A stretch of 64,000 nt of DNA from Eledone cirrhosa (lineage: Eukaryota), in assembly GCA_964016885.1 (NCBI GenBank), contig CAXHJY010001188.1, forward strand, positions 13,954-77,953. The letters run 5' to 3'. A program made the position numbers and the translations under genes. Of the stretch, positions 1-13,340 are shown in pieces. The notes beneath the pieces were generated by a model. It saw only the letters and a program-made list of their open reading frames with translations. It was not told the origin of the DNA and did not search any database. Every line of letters starts with the position of its first letter. The first letter of the stretch is position 1.

Positions 1-99
1 TTAAAACCAACCTGAGCAACAACAACAACAACAACGAAAACAACACTAAGGAGTTAGCTTATTAATTGATAGCAAAGCGGCTGTTCCATCAAGTTATTG

Positions 100-440
100 C
101 ATCACTCCCCGCCCTTTCCCGACCACCAACGCCACCACTTTTTCCCCAACCACCAACGCCACCACCCTTTGCCGACTTCCAGCAGCGCCATCACCCTTTC
201 CCCCGCGACCACCCTTTCGCAACCACCAACGCCACCCTTTTGCCCCAATCACCAACATCACCATCACGTTTTTCCCACCCACCGACACCTCCACACTTTC
301 ACCACCACTCATTTTCCACCACCAGCGCCACCACTTTTTCCCCAACCACCAACGCCATCATCCTTTGCCGACTACCAACATCCCAACACCACCACTCATT
401 CCCTAACCAACAACACCACCACCACGCTTCCTCAACTATC
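100..440. repeat. CCA-rich degenerate low-complexity repeat
   Basis: Recurrent ccaccaacgccacca / ccacttttt motifs. The ORFs over it are P/T/H-rich artefacts. Confidence 0.6.
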
Positions 441-1319
441 ACCGCTACCTTTATTATATTTCACAATTTAATTTACTGCCCTGCTGTTGTTGTTACTGTT
501 TATATGAGTATTTTTATTTATTTATTCGATAACCAACCGTTTTCAGCCCAACCCCCACCTCACTCAGCCAGTCCCTTAACCCCCACTAACAACCCCCACC
601 AATAACCATCCCACCCCTGTTCAAATAATACAGCCGTACAACTCCCCCCCCCCTCTAACTAACCACTATCCATTAACCTACAACATCACAACATCATACC
701 TCACCCTACTCCTCATCACTCTACGTCACCACCTCTACACCTCTGCTACCGCCACTCTACTACACAGCCACCACAACCACCAACACCAGTACTCCACTCC
801 ACGTCACGTCATTTTATACGCTACTTTTCAAAACTCCATTCTATTGTACGCCACGCCACTCAACTACGTCAAGGCACGTCATTCGACATCACTCAACGCC
901 ACTCCATATCACTTTATACTACTCTACGTCACTTCATGCTACTCTACGCCATTCCACGTTACTCTACGTCACTATCTTACTCTACGCAATCTAAGCTATT
1001 TCACAAAACTCCACGTCTCCGTATTACCCAATGCTTCTCTACGTCTCTTCAAGCCATTTATGAATGTATCTATGAGTTTATGTATGTATATTTTTATGTG
1101 TGCATGTATGTAGGTGTATGTGTGCATGTATGTAGGTGTATGTGTGCATGTATGTAGGTGTATGTAGGTGTATGTATGTGTAAGTGCAATAGAGCTGGAA
1201 ACGTACAAGCGAGTGTGCAATACCTCTTTCTCTCTCTCTGGAAGAAAACGGCTGGGTTCAGACCCCTAACAAAGGCCATGTAAAAGGACAAGAGATCCCA
1301 ATGGATAAGGAGTTAGAAA

Positions 1320-1700
1320 GTTTACTGGTGAGGGTGGGGTGGACTTGATGGCTTAGGCTTATTGTAGAGGGTGGGGTGGGGTAGACTTGTTGGTTTACTG
1401 ATGAGGGTGTGGTGGACTTGATGGTTTATTGTAGCGAGAGTGGGGTGGACTTGATGGCTTACTGGTGAGGGTGGGATGGATTTGATGGTTTATTTTAGCG
1501 AGGGTGGGGTGAATTTGATGGTTTTAATGTAGCGAGGGTGAGGGTGGACTTGATGGTTTAATGAAGAGGGTGAAAATGGACTTGATGGTTTAATGAAAAG
1601 GGGGTGAGTTTGGTTGCTTACTGTAGAGAGGGTTGCGGTGGAGAAATATAGTTTACTGTAGAGGACTAGGGTGGACTTGCTGGTTTACTGTAGAGTGGAT
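1320..1700. repeat. Degenerate ~37-40 bp minisatellite
   Basis: About 10 diverged copies of gagggtggggtggacttgatggtttactgta. Confidence 0.75.
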
Positions 1701-1859
1701 TCGGCAGTAATTTCATCTCTAAAAGTCTAAAGTCTGTCACAAATCCGGAGGCTCATTAGGCCGCTACTATTCCCAGGTCCACTGGCGTTAAGCAACTGAC
1801 AGTATAAGACTTCCCCTCTGCATGGGTTAAACCTACAGCGACTACTGATGGTACTCATT

Positions 1860-2085
1860 ATCAGCTGAGTATACATGAGCAACGTGAAATGAAGTGTTTT
1901 GCTCAAGAAAACAAAACACAACCCAACCCAGGAATCGAACTCACGACATTATGATCGTAACCCTTACCACTGGAGTAACGTGAAATGAAGTATTTTGCTC
2001 AAGTAAACAACACACAACCCGGTTCAGAAATCGAACCAATGAGACATTATGATCGTAAGTCCAGCATCCTTACCACTGGGAGTAA
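1860..2085 (-). mobile_element. Two tandem partial tRNA-derived CORE-type SINEs
   Basis: Minus strand has a B-box (GTTCGATTCC / GTTCGATTTC) followed by TTGTTTTCTTGAGCAAAACACTTCATTTCACGTTGCTC, which resembles the CORE domain. The segment occurs twice (about 1875-1972 and 1973-2080). Confidence 0.65.
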
Positions 2086-2500
2086 CCAGATAGTCTGATT
2101 TGATGAAGGGCAGTTAAGAGGATTAAACAGATTCTATACTCTTTAACAAAGGGACGGGGAAAAAATGCTGGGCGGCAATGATGATGGTGATAATGATGAA
2201 GACGGTGATGGTGATAATGGTGGTGATGATGGTGATAATGGTGGTGATGATGATGACGACAAGGATGATGTTGATGATAGCGTATATTATTGTTATTGTG
2301 TGTGTCTCACTCAGTCTATATATGGTTATGTGTATGTGTTTGTAGGTGGATGTTCGCGTGTAGATCACTTAATTCATCTGTGTGTACATGTGTATATTTG
2401 TCTCAGTTAATTTGACTGTGTATACGAGTGCGCGCTTGTATGCATGTATGTGTGTATTGTTAAGTACGAATGAGTTTATAGCTCAGTCAATCTGTATGTG

Positions 2501-2563
<63 letters not shown>

Positions 2564-2766
2564 CGAGTGCTTGTATGTTTGGTTGTGCATGTGTACGAGT
2601 GTGCAACTTTCTAGTTTAATATTTCCATTAAAAAATATAACAATTGCCGCTAGGTGGCAGTGGAGTGGGGGTGGGGGGAGAAGGTATTAGTGGACGGTCT
2701 AGGAGGGTGGTGGTGGTGGTGGTGGTGGTCACAGTTGTGGTAGGGTAAAGGAAAGTGGTGGAGGTT

Positions 2767-2798
<32 letters not shown>

Positions 2799-2958
2799 AG
2801 CAGAGTCTGGGTTGCGTGAAGTAGGGTATGAGGTGGGGGGAAGTCAGTCAAAAATCTCATTAGAATAAATGTTTGTTGAAATAATAATAACAATAATAAT
2901 AATATGATGACGACGGCGGCGGTGATGGCTGAATGATTTCGGATGGAGAGTTTATTTT

Positions 2959-2989
<31 letters not shown>

Positions 2990-2990
<1 letters not shown>

Positions 2991-3295
2991 TAAAAATATG
3001 ATGAGAATTAAACCCCCACACATAGATAGATAGATAGATAGATTTTTTTATTAGCCACAAGGGCACAAAAGAAGGTGAAGTTTACATACAGGTATATGAA
3101 AATATATATAAAAATATAATGAGAATTAAACCCCCACACAGAGATAGATAGATAGATTTTTTTATTAGCCACAAGGGCACAAAAGAAAGGGACAAATACA
3201 AATGTGGAGTTTACATACAGGTATATGAAAATATATATAAAAATATAATGAGAATTAAACTCCCACACATAGATAGATAGATAGATAGATACATA
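2990..3295 (-). mobile_element. Tandem 3'-end fragments of a non-LTR retrotransposon, embedded in (GATA)n
   Basis: Minus strand reads TTTGTATTTGTCCCTTTCTTTTGTGCCCTTGTGGCTAATAAAAAAA, about 2.3 copies separated by (TATC)n. Same family as 32373-32865. Confidence 0.6.
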
Positions 3296-3399
3296 CACAA
3301 AAGATGTCGTGGAGACAGTATATGAACCAATAGAATCGAAATAAAGTTGACAAAATATTGAAGAAAGTGTTAGATAAAGAGGGGTTTGGCGAAAACTGA

Positions 3400-3471
3400 C
3401 ACACACACACACACATATGTGTGTGTGTGTATGTATATTATATATATATATATATGTGTGTGTATGTATAT

Positions 3472-3512
<41 letters not shown>

Positions 3513-3706
3513 ATTATATATATATATGTGTGTGTATATGTACATATGTGTCTACACACATATACCCCATAAATAGTTTTCTTTCGCTCAGTCCCTCTCT
3601 CTAAGGAAAGAGAGCTAGGTGTATGTGTGTATATATATATGTGCGTGCGTGTGTATAAGTGTGTATGTATGTATATATATATATATATATATAGGAAAGA
3701 GAGCGA

Positions 3707-3763
<57 letters not shown>

Positions 3764-3806
3764 CTCTCTCTCTCTTTCCTTATAGATGGATAGAGAGGGA
3801 CTGTGC

Positions 3807-3850
<44 letters not shown>
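3400..3850. repeat. Compound (CA)n/(TA)n/(GT)n microsatellite
   Basis: Seen directly in the sequence. Confidence 0.95.
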
Positions 3851-4029
3851 TTGTATATTTGTGTCTGTACGTCTGTGAAAGGATTAAGAAAGTGTCTTAA
3901 TACAGATTGTGGGCGGGATAAAAGGCGTGGCATTTTAACAGTTATTGACCAATCAAAATATCGTATTTCTCTTTCTGTCACTCACTTCAGCTTTCGTGTT
4001 ATTGCTGTCGTTGATATTGTTATTTTTAG

Positions 4030-5280
4030 TGGTTATGGCGGTGTTGGTGCTTGTGGTGATTATGGCGGTGGTAGTGGCTAAGGCGGTGGTGGTGGTGTAG
4101 GTGTTAGTGGTTATGGCGGTGGTGGTGGTGTAGGTGTTAGTGGTTATGGCGGTGGTGGTGGTTATGGCGGTTGTGGTGGTGTTGGTGTTGGCGGGGATAT
4201 TCTTATTGTTGGTTGTTATGGCGGCGTTGGTGGTGTTGGTAGTGATGATGGCGACGCCATTGATATTGTTGTTGGTGGTGGTGGTAGTGTTGGTAGTGTT
4301 GGTGGCCGTGTTTATGGCAACGCTATTGATATTGTTGTTGGTGGTAGTAGTGTTGGAGATGGGGCTGGTGGTGTGTTGACAGTGGTATTGGTAGTGTTGG
4401 GGATGTTGGCAATAGTATTCATGATGCTGTTAGTAATGTTACCATCGATAATGGGAGGAGAGGAGAAGGAGAGAAGGGGAGGAGGAGAAGGGGAGGAGAG
4501 AAGAAGGAGAGAAGAGGAGAGGGAGAGGAACGGGGGAGGAGAGGGAGGGGGAGGGAGGGGGGAGGGAGAGGGGGTATAGGGAGGGGAGAGGGAGAGGGGG
4601 GAGGGAGGAGGGAGAGGGGAGAGGGGAGGGAGAGGAGAAGGAGAGAGGAGAGAGGGAGGAGAGAGGGAGAAGAGGGAGAAGGAGAGGGAGAGGAGGAGAG
4701 GAGGAGGAGAGGAGATGGGGAGAGTAGGAGGAGAAGAGAGGAGGATGAGAGAAGGAGAAGAGGAGGAGGAGGGGGAGGGAGAGGAGGAGAGGGGGGAGAG
4801 GGAGGAGGTGGAGGAGAGGAGGAGAGGAGGAGAGGAGGAGCAGAGGGGGAGGAGGAGCAGAGGAGGAGGAGGAGGAGAGGAGGAGAGGCTGGGGGAGAGG
4901 AGGAGAGGCTGGGGGAGAGGATAGGAGGCTGCGGGAGAGGAGAGGAGGCTGGGGGAGAGGAGGAGGCGCAACCACTAACCCGACTACGACTACTACCACC
5001 ACCACTACAGCAACCACTACAACCACCACCACAACATCAAAACAACAGCAACAACAACAACCACAACAACCACCACCACAACAACTGTAACAACATCAAA
5101 ACAACCACTACAACCACCACCACAACATCAAAACAACAGCAACAACAACCACTACAACCACCACTACAACATCAAAACAACAACTACAACCACAACATCA
5201 AAACAACAGCAACAACACCCACTACAACCACCACCACAACATCAAAACAACAGCAACAACAGCAACAACAACCACACCAG
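4030..5280. repeat. Compound low-complexity block: (GGT)-rich, polypurine GA/GGA tract (about 4455-4965), then (CAA/CCA)-rich
   Basis: Seen directly. About 500 bp is nearly pure purine on the + strand. Confidence 0.9.
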
Positions 5281-5679
5281 CAAGCGATACTGACGGTGAT
5301 AGGAAAGCAAAGCATAATAATATTTCCAGGCAGGTGAGTCCATTGGTGAGGTAAAGGGGTGGATATGTGTGTGAGGGTTAATGTAGGAGAAGGAGTAGAG
5401 AAGTTAGGGTCAGGTCGGGGTGGTGATGAGATAGAATTCCATTCCAGTTGATGAAATAAGGTTTCCATTATGCTGTGTTTTATTATGGCAGCATTTTATT
5501 TTATTTTATTTTTTTCGGCAAACATGAGATGCGAACCCTGTGGATGGTATTTATTTCTATAGCACTGCTTCATTGACATATATGGTGTGGTGTGTAGAAC
5601 CACTCATCAATGACTGTTATTTGAAGACAATCAGTGGAGCAAGGTTCAATCTAACAGAGGTGGTGAGGTGGAAGGGGAA

Positions 5680-5980
5680 TGGAGAGAGCGAGAGAGGGGG
5701 AAGAGTGAGATAGAGAGGGGGAAGAGTGAGATAAAGAGGGGGAAGAGTGAGATAAAGATGGGGGGTGAGATAGAGAGAGGAGAGAGTGAGGGGGGAGAGT
5801 GAGGGGGGAGAGTGAGAGGGGGGAGAGTGAGGGGGGAGAGGGGAAGGGAGAGTAAGGGAGGGGGAGAGAGGAAGGGAGAGTGAGGGAGGGGGAAGAGAGG
5901 AAGGGAGAGTGAGGGAGGGGGAGGGAGAGAAATAGGGAGAGGGAGGGAGAGAAAGAGCGAAGCGAGAGAGAGCGAGCGAA
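5680..5980. repeat. Polypurine GA-rich tract with short internal repeats
   Basis: Repeats of agagggggaagagtgagat and gagtgagggggga. Confidence 0.85.
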
Positions 5981-6504
5981 AATAACAAAGCAATTACCAG
6001 GGGGCATTATTATTACTATTATTATTATTCTTGTTATTATTGCTGTAAAGCCCACCTTGTGTTGTGTTTTATTTGTATTGCTCCCAATTTCTTAGGCCCT
6101 TGTGACCAATAAAAGAACTTATTATTTTTATTATTAGTAGTAGTAGTATTACTGCTTAGTCAGGAATGGGAATGGCATTGCCCATAATCCATTTTCAGGG
6201 CCTTTGAGACTGGTGGGAGGAGCTGGGGCTGCAGTGAAGGGGGTATATAAAGATAAAATTCTCAAAGCAGAGATTTGCTCCTTTATGCTTACAATAATAA
6301 ATGGACTTATTTTTTGTTTCATCGTATGTTGAGGAAGGGTAGAACAGAACAGTGCCCATAACTTTTATCAGAGCAGCCGTGGTTGTTGGGAGGGGTTAGT
6401 TACGAATAAGGTGAAGGGGAAAATATATTTCTTAAACCAGAGACTTGGTCTCTAATGCTTGCAACAGAATGTAATTCTCTTTTTTTTTGTTCTTATCGTA
6501 TAAG

Positions 6505-6755
6505 GAGGAAGGGAAGGGCTGTGCCCATAACAGGATCCCTAAAACTGGTGGGTGCGAGTTAGAGATGGAGGAAGGGAAGGGTTGTGCCCATAACTATTTC
6601 AGGATCCCTAAAACTGGTGGGTGTAAGTTAGAGATGGAAGAAGGGAGGGTTGTGTCCATAACTTTTTCAGGACCCCTAAAACAGGTGGGTGGGAGTTAGA
6701 GATGGAAGAAGGGAGGGTTGTGTCCATAACTTTTTCAGGATCCCTAAAACTGGAG
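6505..6755. repeat. ~69-bp tandem repeat, about 3.6 copies
   Basis: Recurring gaagggagggttgtgtccataactttttcaggatccctaaaactggtgggtg...gttagagatg. Confidence 0.8.
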
Positions 6756-6962
6756 GCCTGGTCTGAATGCTTGCTCCAGATTGGATTCTGCTAAAGACCC
6801 TAAACGGCCCTGTAGTGGTATGACATTGGACAAGAGCCAGATGGTGGGTTTAAACTGAGCAATGGATTAGGTCAACCACTCAAGGGCTAGGTGAAGGGGT
6901 TATCCTGGGTAATAGATTAAGTCTCCTTCCCAAGAACCAGGTGATGTTATCTTGAGGGCGGA

Positions 6963-7148
6963 AAGTCTACCACCCAATAATCAGGTGGTGGTGTTAAACT
7001 GGGAGATGGATTAAGTCTACCACCCAAGGGACAGGTGGTGGTGTTAAACTGGGAGATGGATTAAGTCTACCACCCAAGGGACAGGTGGTGGTGTTAAACT
7101 GGGAGATGGATTAAGTCTACCACCCAAGGGACAGGTGGTGGTGTTAAA
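6963..7148. repeat. 50-bp tandem repeat, about 3.7 near-identical copies, with diverged copies upstream to about 6830
   Basis: aagtctaccaccc recurs at 6963, 7013, 7063 and 7113. Confidence 0.9.
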
Positions 7149-7394
7149 GTCGACCGGATTGACTCCTTTACACAAATAATATTCTTTTGCTTCTCTATTG
7201 TTTATATACACACCATTCCCTTACACAAATATGTATCTATGTAGGGACCCGTAACTCTTGAGGGGGCCGTAAGGGCGCCATATTGACATACGGCTTTTCT
7301 AGGGTGTTTTAAAACCAGGTAGAGCCCATCTCCTCCCCAGGTCTGAATACAGCAGATTTCTCCCAGTGAAGGATTGAAAGTGAGAAAGAGATAT

Positions 7395-8545
7395 AGAGGA
7401 AGAATCGATCGACTCCAGTACTTGACTGGTACTTTATTTTATTGACCTTAAAGAGAGGAAAGGCAAACTTGACCTCGCTGTGATTTGAACTGAGAGAGCC
7501 GTGAGTCGTTCTAACGACTCTACTAATTCTCCGCCTCACACAAACATGTACACACACATAATTGTTTCTACTTTAAGCATAAGGCCAGCACTTTTTGTGG
7601 AGGGGTAAGTCGATTAAATCGACCGACTCAACCACCACCACTGACGATGTCAACGACGACGACGATGTCAACGACGACGACGATGTCAACGACGACGACG
7701 ATGTCAACGACGACGACGATGTCGACGACGACGATGTCGACGACGACGATGTCGACGACGACGATGTCGACGACGACGATGTCGACGACGACGATGTCGA
7801 CGACGACGATGTCGACGACGACGATGTCGACGACGACGATGACGATGACGATGACGACGACGATGACGACGACGATGTCAACGACGACGACCCCCTTGAC
7901 TTTGTTCAAGAATACCATGTGGTGATGCTATGGAAACTCACGTGAAAGCAGTCGACGAAATAATAATTGTTTCTACTTTTGGCACAAGGCCAGGAATTAT
8001 ACCAGTGCATTACTGGTACTTTATTTCATCGACCCCGTAAGGATGAAAGGCAAAGTTAACCTCAGCAGGATTTGAACTTAGACCATAAAGGGCCGTAACT
8101 CTTTGCTGCATAGAATGGCGTCCGACTCTCTACCGATCACAAGGCCAGAAATTTGGTGGGAGAGGAAAGTCGATTAAATCGACCCAGTGCGTTACTGGTA
8201 CTATCTTTTATCGAGCTCGTAAGGATGGAAGGCAAAGTCAACCTCGGCGGGATTTGAACTCAGAACGTAAATGGCCATAAATATATGTTGAAAAGCATGG
8301 TGTCTGACGCCCAACGGATAGTGCTATTTCAAATAATAATGGTTTCTTGTATAGGCACAAGACCAACAATTTTGGAGGAGGGAAACGTCGACTAGATCGA
8401 CCCCAGTGCGTGACTGGTACTTTATTTTATCGACCCCGTAAGGATGAAAGGCAAATTTAACCTCGGCGGGATTTGAACTCAGATCATAAAGGGCCGTAAC
8501 TCTATACTGCAAAGCATGGTGTCCGACCCTCTACCGATACTGACA
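7395..8545 (-). mobile_element. Cluster of about 5 head-to-tail tRNA-derived SINE copies or fragments (Octopus-type family)
   Basis: Each copy shows part or all of the minus-strand consensus: B-box GAGTTCAAATC(C), core GTCAACTTTGCCTTTCATCCTTACGGGGTCGATAAAATAAAGTACCAG, and 3' GGCCTTGTGCC...AGTAGAAACAATTA. Confidence 0.85.
7643..7891. repeat. CpG-rich (GAC)n-derived 15/18-bp minisatellite
   Basis: Units gacgacgacgatgtcaac, then gacgacgacgatgtc, which creates repeated GTCGAC. Confidence 0.9.
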
Positions 8546-10188
8546 ATAATTATTTCTACTTTTGGCACAAGGCCAGCAATTATCCCAGTACATTACTGGT
8601 ACTTTATTTTATCGACCCCGTAAGGATGAAAGGCAAATTTAACCTCGGCGGGATTTGAACTCAGATCATAAAGGGCCGTAACTCTATACTGCAAAGCATG
8701 GTGTCCGACCCTCTACCGATACTGACAATAATTATTTCTACTTTTGGCACAAGGCCAGCAATTATCCCAGTACATTACTGGTACTTTATTTTATCGACCC
8801 CGTAAGGATGAAAGGCAAATTTAACCTCGGCGGGATTTGAACTCAGATCATAAAGGGCCGTAACTCTATACTGCAAAGCATGGTGTCCGACCCTCTACCG
8901 ATACTGACAATAATTATTTCTACTTTTGGCACAAGGCCAGCAATTATCCCAGTACATTACTGGTACTTTATTTTATCGACCCCGTAAGGATGAAAGGCAA
9001 ATTTAACCTCGGCGGGATTTGAACTCAGATCATAAAGGGCCGTAACTCTATACTGCAAAGCATGGTGTCCGACCCTCTACCGATACTGACAATAATTATT
9101 TCTACTTTTGGCACAAGGCCAGCAATTATCCCAGTACATTACTGGTACTTTATTTTATCGACCCCGTAAGGATGAAAGGCAAATTTAACCTCGGCGGGAT
9201 TTGAACTCAGATCATAAAGGGCCGTAACTCTATACTGCAAAGCATGGTGTCCGACCCTCTACCGATACTGACAATAATTATTTCTACTTTTGGCACAAGG
9301 CCAGCAATTATCCCAGTACATTACTGGTACTTTATTTTATCGACCCCGTAAGGATGAAAGGCAAATTTAACCTCGGCGGGATTTGAACTCAGATCATAAA
9401 GGGCCGTAACTCTATACTGCAAAGCATGGTGTCCGACCCTCTACCGATACTGACAATAATTATTTCTACTTTTGGCACAAGGCCAGCAATTATCCCAGTA
9501 CATTACTGGTACTTTATTTTATCGACCCCGTAAGGATGAAAGGCAAATTTAACCTCGGCGGGATTTGAACTCAGATCATAAAGGGCCGTAACTCTATACT
9601 GCAAAGCATGGTGTCCGACCCTCTACCGATACTGACAATAATTATTTCTACTTTTGGCACAAGGCCAGCAATTATCCCAGTACATTACTGGTACTTTATT
9701 TTATCGACCCCGTAAGGATGAAAGGCAAATTTAACCTCGGCGGGATTTGAACTCAGATCATAAAGGGCCGTAACTCTATACTGCAAAGCATGGTGTCCGA
9801 CCCTCTACCGATACTGACAATAATTATTTCTACTTTTGGCACAAGGCCAGCAATTATCCCAGTACATTACTGGTACTTTATTTTATCGACCCCGTAAGGA
9901 TGAAAGGCAAATTTAACCTCGGCGGGATTTGAACTCAGATCATAAAGGGCCGTAACTCTATACTGCAAAGCATGGTGTCCGACCCTCTACCGATACTGAC
10001 AATAATTATTTCTACTTTTGGCACAAGGCCAGCAATTATCCCAGTACATTACTGGTACTTTATTTTATCGACCCCGTAAGGATGAAAGGCAAATTTAACC
10101 TCGGCGGGATTTGAACTCAGATCATAAAGGGCCGTAACTCTAAACTGCAAAGCATGGTGTCCGACCCTCTACCGATACTGACAATAAT
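8413..10188 (-). repeat. Near-perfect tandem array of a 182-bp SINE-derived unit, about 9.8 copies
   Basis: gtccgaccctctacc recurs at 8521, 8703, 8885, 9067, 9249, 9431, 9613, 9795, 9977 and 10159. Each unit carries the SINE B-box and core. Confidence 0.95.
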
Positions 10189-10607
10189 AATCGTTTGTTT
10201 GATACGTATATAAAACCAAACGTCTGGTCACACACCTACCTCAACATTTTTCTGTCGTTTCTTTACACTTGAGTCAATCCAACGCCGATAATTTCTGGAG
10301 CTGTTTACGTTTCTATCCAAACCTTTCTGCCGTTATTCGAACACTACCGTAGACGGAAATTAATTCTTCGAGTTCTTGCTGTGATTGCTAAGTCGTCCAA
10401 ACTGATATTTTTGTCATGTGGCTCCATGAAATGAAATAAAGAAAACACAACTGCGCTATATTTTCACAGAAAATTAATTATGTCATGAAAATATATAACA
10501 AACGAAATAAATACAGTGATGTATAATTTTTATCCAGGAAAAATATCAACACCCACTTACTCTGCTCCCCTCACTCACACAGGCATACGTACATGTACAC
10601 ATACATA

Positions 10608-11180
<573 letters not shown>

Positions 11181-11229
11181 CAGAAACATAGACTCAGCCT
11201 TATATTCCACACAATGCATTTTTTCAGAA

Positions 11230-11570
11230 TCTCTAAAACTACCCTCGTGGAAACCCTGGAATAGTTTTCATGTTTCGAGGAAACCTTGCAAAAAAATTAT
11301 TATATACCATTATTAATGCAGCATAGAGTTACGCCCATTTACGGTCTGAGTTTAAATCCTGCCGAGGTTAACTTTGCCTTTCATCATTACGAGGTCGATA
11401 AAATAAAGTACCAGTAATGCATTGGGGTAATTGCTGGCTTTGTGCCTAATGTAGAAACAATTATTTATATCTAAATGTATTAGCTTATTATCAGTTTCTC
11501 ACGGAAACCCTTAGCGACCTTTTGCAGAACCCTAGATTTCCGGGTAACACCGGTTGAGAAACGTTGCTCT
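11230..11570. mobile_element. Degenerate hAT/Charlie-like DNA-transposon end interrupted by a SINE (about 11315-11465, +)
   Basis: The end ...AACACCGGTTGAGAAACGTTG resembles the reverse complement of Charlie-type termini (CAGTGTTTCTCAACC), with ggaaccct sub-repeats. SINE core lies at 11345-11460. Confidence 0.4.
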
Positions 11571-11619
11571 AAAATATGAGAGAGAATACTCAAACATGAC
11601 AACCACAATGATATATGCA

Positions 11620-12135
11620 GGATGCGCCGTGGGGCACTGTGAAACTAGTACCGGTTGATAGCGAGGATACAGTGTTTAGCTAGGCCACACTATGGGGTTG
11701 AGAGGTAACCAGACGGTGTTGATGAATCAGGCGCCCAAGGCTGTCCGAAGCTTTGTCAAACTGGCATTGCGTGCCATATGCATTGGGGGTTACTGGACGT
11801 CCACAAAGAAAAGTGGGGACTGGACAACCGAAGAGTGGAGACCGAACTGGTTCCAAGTTGCGATGGCCGCCTCGCGTTCCCTGATTGCAGTAGGTTATAT
11901 TGTGGAGAATAAGAAGGCCTGTTGTTAACCAAGCCGGATGCAAGCATGGAAATCTGGGAGAAGAGATACGTGACTGTAGCATTGGTGGTGATGGCGGTGT
12001 TCAATACTGATGATATATAAAAGCCTCGGCATGGCGAAGCAGTTTCGCAATAAGAAGAGGGCCGGATATGCGTCAATGAAGTTCAGACGGCTCATAAGTA
12101 TTTCGAGTTGGTGAAGCTTGGACATTCCAAACACC
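11620..12135 (-). pseudogene. Decayed RT-region fragment of a CRE-like (RLE-type) non-LTR retrotransposon
   Basis: Minus-strand peptides SRLNFIDAYPALFLLRNCFAMPRLLYI and QHRLVTSQPHSVA*LNTVSSLSTGT resemble, from memory, CRE-clade motifs (ALxLLRxCFxxPKLxYxLR; RLxAxxxPHSGAWLNALP). It contains frameshifts and stops. Confidence 0.55.
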
Positions 12136-12139
12136 AGCT

Positions 12140-12745
12140 TAATAATGTTTTCTTATTTAGGCACAAGGCCAACAATTTTTCTGGGGAGGGGAAAGTCAAT
12201 TAAATTGACTCCAGTGCGTTTCTGCTACTTGATTTTATCAACCTCATAAGGATGAAAGGCAAAGCTTAACCTCGGCTGGATTTGAACTCAGAACATAAAG
12301 GGTCGTAATTCTATGCCGCAAAGCATGTTGCCCGACGTTCTGCCAATTCACCGCTCAAAACACGAGTTTAATAATAATTTCTGATTTAGGCACAAGGCCA
12401 ACTATTTTGTGGGGAGGGGAAAGTCTATTAAATCGACCCCAGTGCGTTACTGGTATTTTATTTTATCGACCTCGTAAGGATGAAAGGCAAAGCTGACCCC
12501 GGAAGGATTTGAACTAATGATGCCCGTCTTAACTCTGAACGTGTATATAAATGTACTTGAGAGCCGTTTAAAAGGTGTTTATAATATATTTTTCAATTTA
12601 CAGGGACATAGGTATAATTGTCATGTTTACATTCTAAAAATTTTTAAAATTAAAGACACATTTACGCATTATACAAAGCTAACCTCGGAAGGATTTGAAC
12701 TCGTGATGCCTGTCGTTCTACCGATATTGCCAATCTACCGCCCTA
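12140..12745 (-). mobile_element. Two SINE copies (12140-12355, 12370-12520) plus a head fragment (12678-12742)
   Basis: Same core and B-box as the 7395-8545 cluster. Confidence 0.8.
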
Positions 12746-12899
12746 AACACCAACTTAATAACGAAAAAGTTAGTTATATTACTAAACCACACTACATTTT
12801 TGATTATATTCATTCAAATTTGAAAAACTAAAGGGAAGAGTGTGTTTCATTAAAAAACGCCGTTGATTTGGATGCTATTAAACATGGCGACTGATGTAT

Positions 12900-13340
12900 T
12901 TACTGTTGGATGTGTCACAGTTGTTGCTGGAAACGTTGAAATTGCTGTTGTCGTTGTTATTGTTATTATTATTGTCTGTCGTGAGGAATGATTAGTCACC
13001 ATTGTTGTTGTTGGTGGTGGTGGTGTTGTTGTTATTGTCATAGTAATTGTTGTTATTGTCGTGGTTATAGTGGTAGTAGTAATAATAATAATCGTCGTCT
13101 TCGTAGGAGCAGTGGTAGTTGATCTCTTTGTTGTAGGAGTCGTAGAAGTTGCTGTTGTCATGGTGGTAATAGATGTTATTGTCGAGGTCGTAATAATTAT
13201 TGTTGTACTTATTGTTGTTGTCATTGCTATTGTCATAGTAGCAATAACCGTTGTTGTAGTTTTTGTTGTTGTCATTTCTATTGTCATAGTAGTTGTTGTC
13301 GTTGTTGTTGCTATTGTAACAGCTTTTTATGTTGGTCGTA
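12900..13340. repeat. (GTT/GTA)-rich low-complexity tract
   Basis: Seen directly in the sequence. Confidence 0.85.

Noticed and set aside
5324-5339. Consensus donor CAG|GTGAGT
   Set aside because: The upstream sequence is low-complexity repeat with no definable exon.
8413-10188. CRISPR-like regular arrays (also 15640-16940 and 49590-50630)
   Set aside because: There are no unique spacers, the units are SINE- or microsatellite-derived, the context is eukaryotic, and no cas genes are present.
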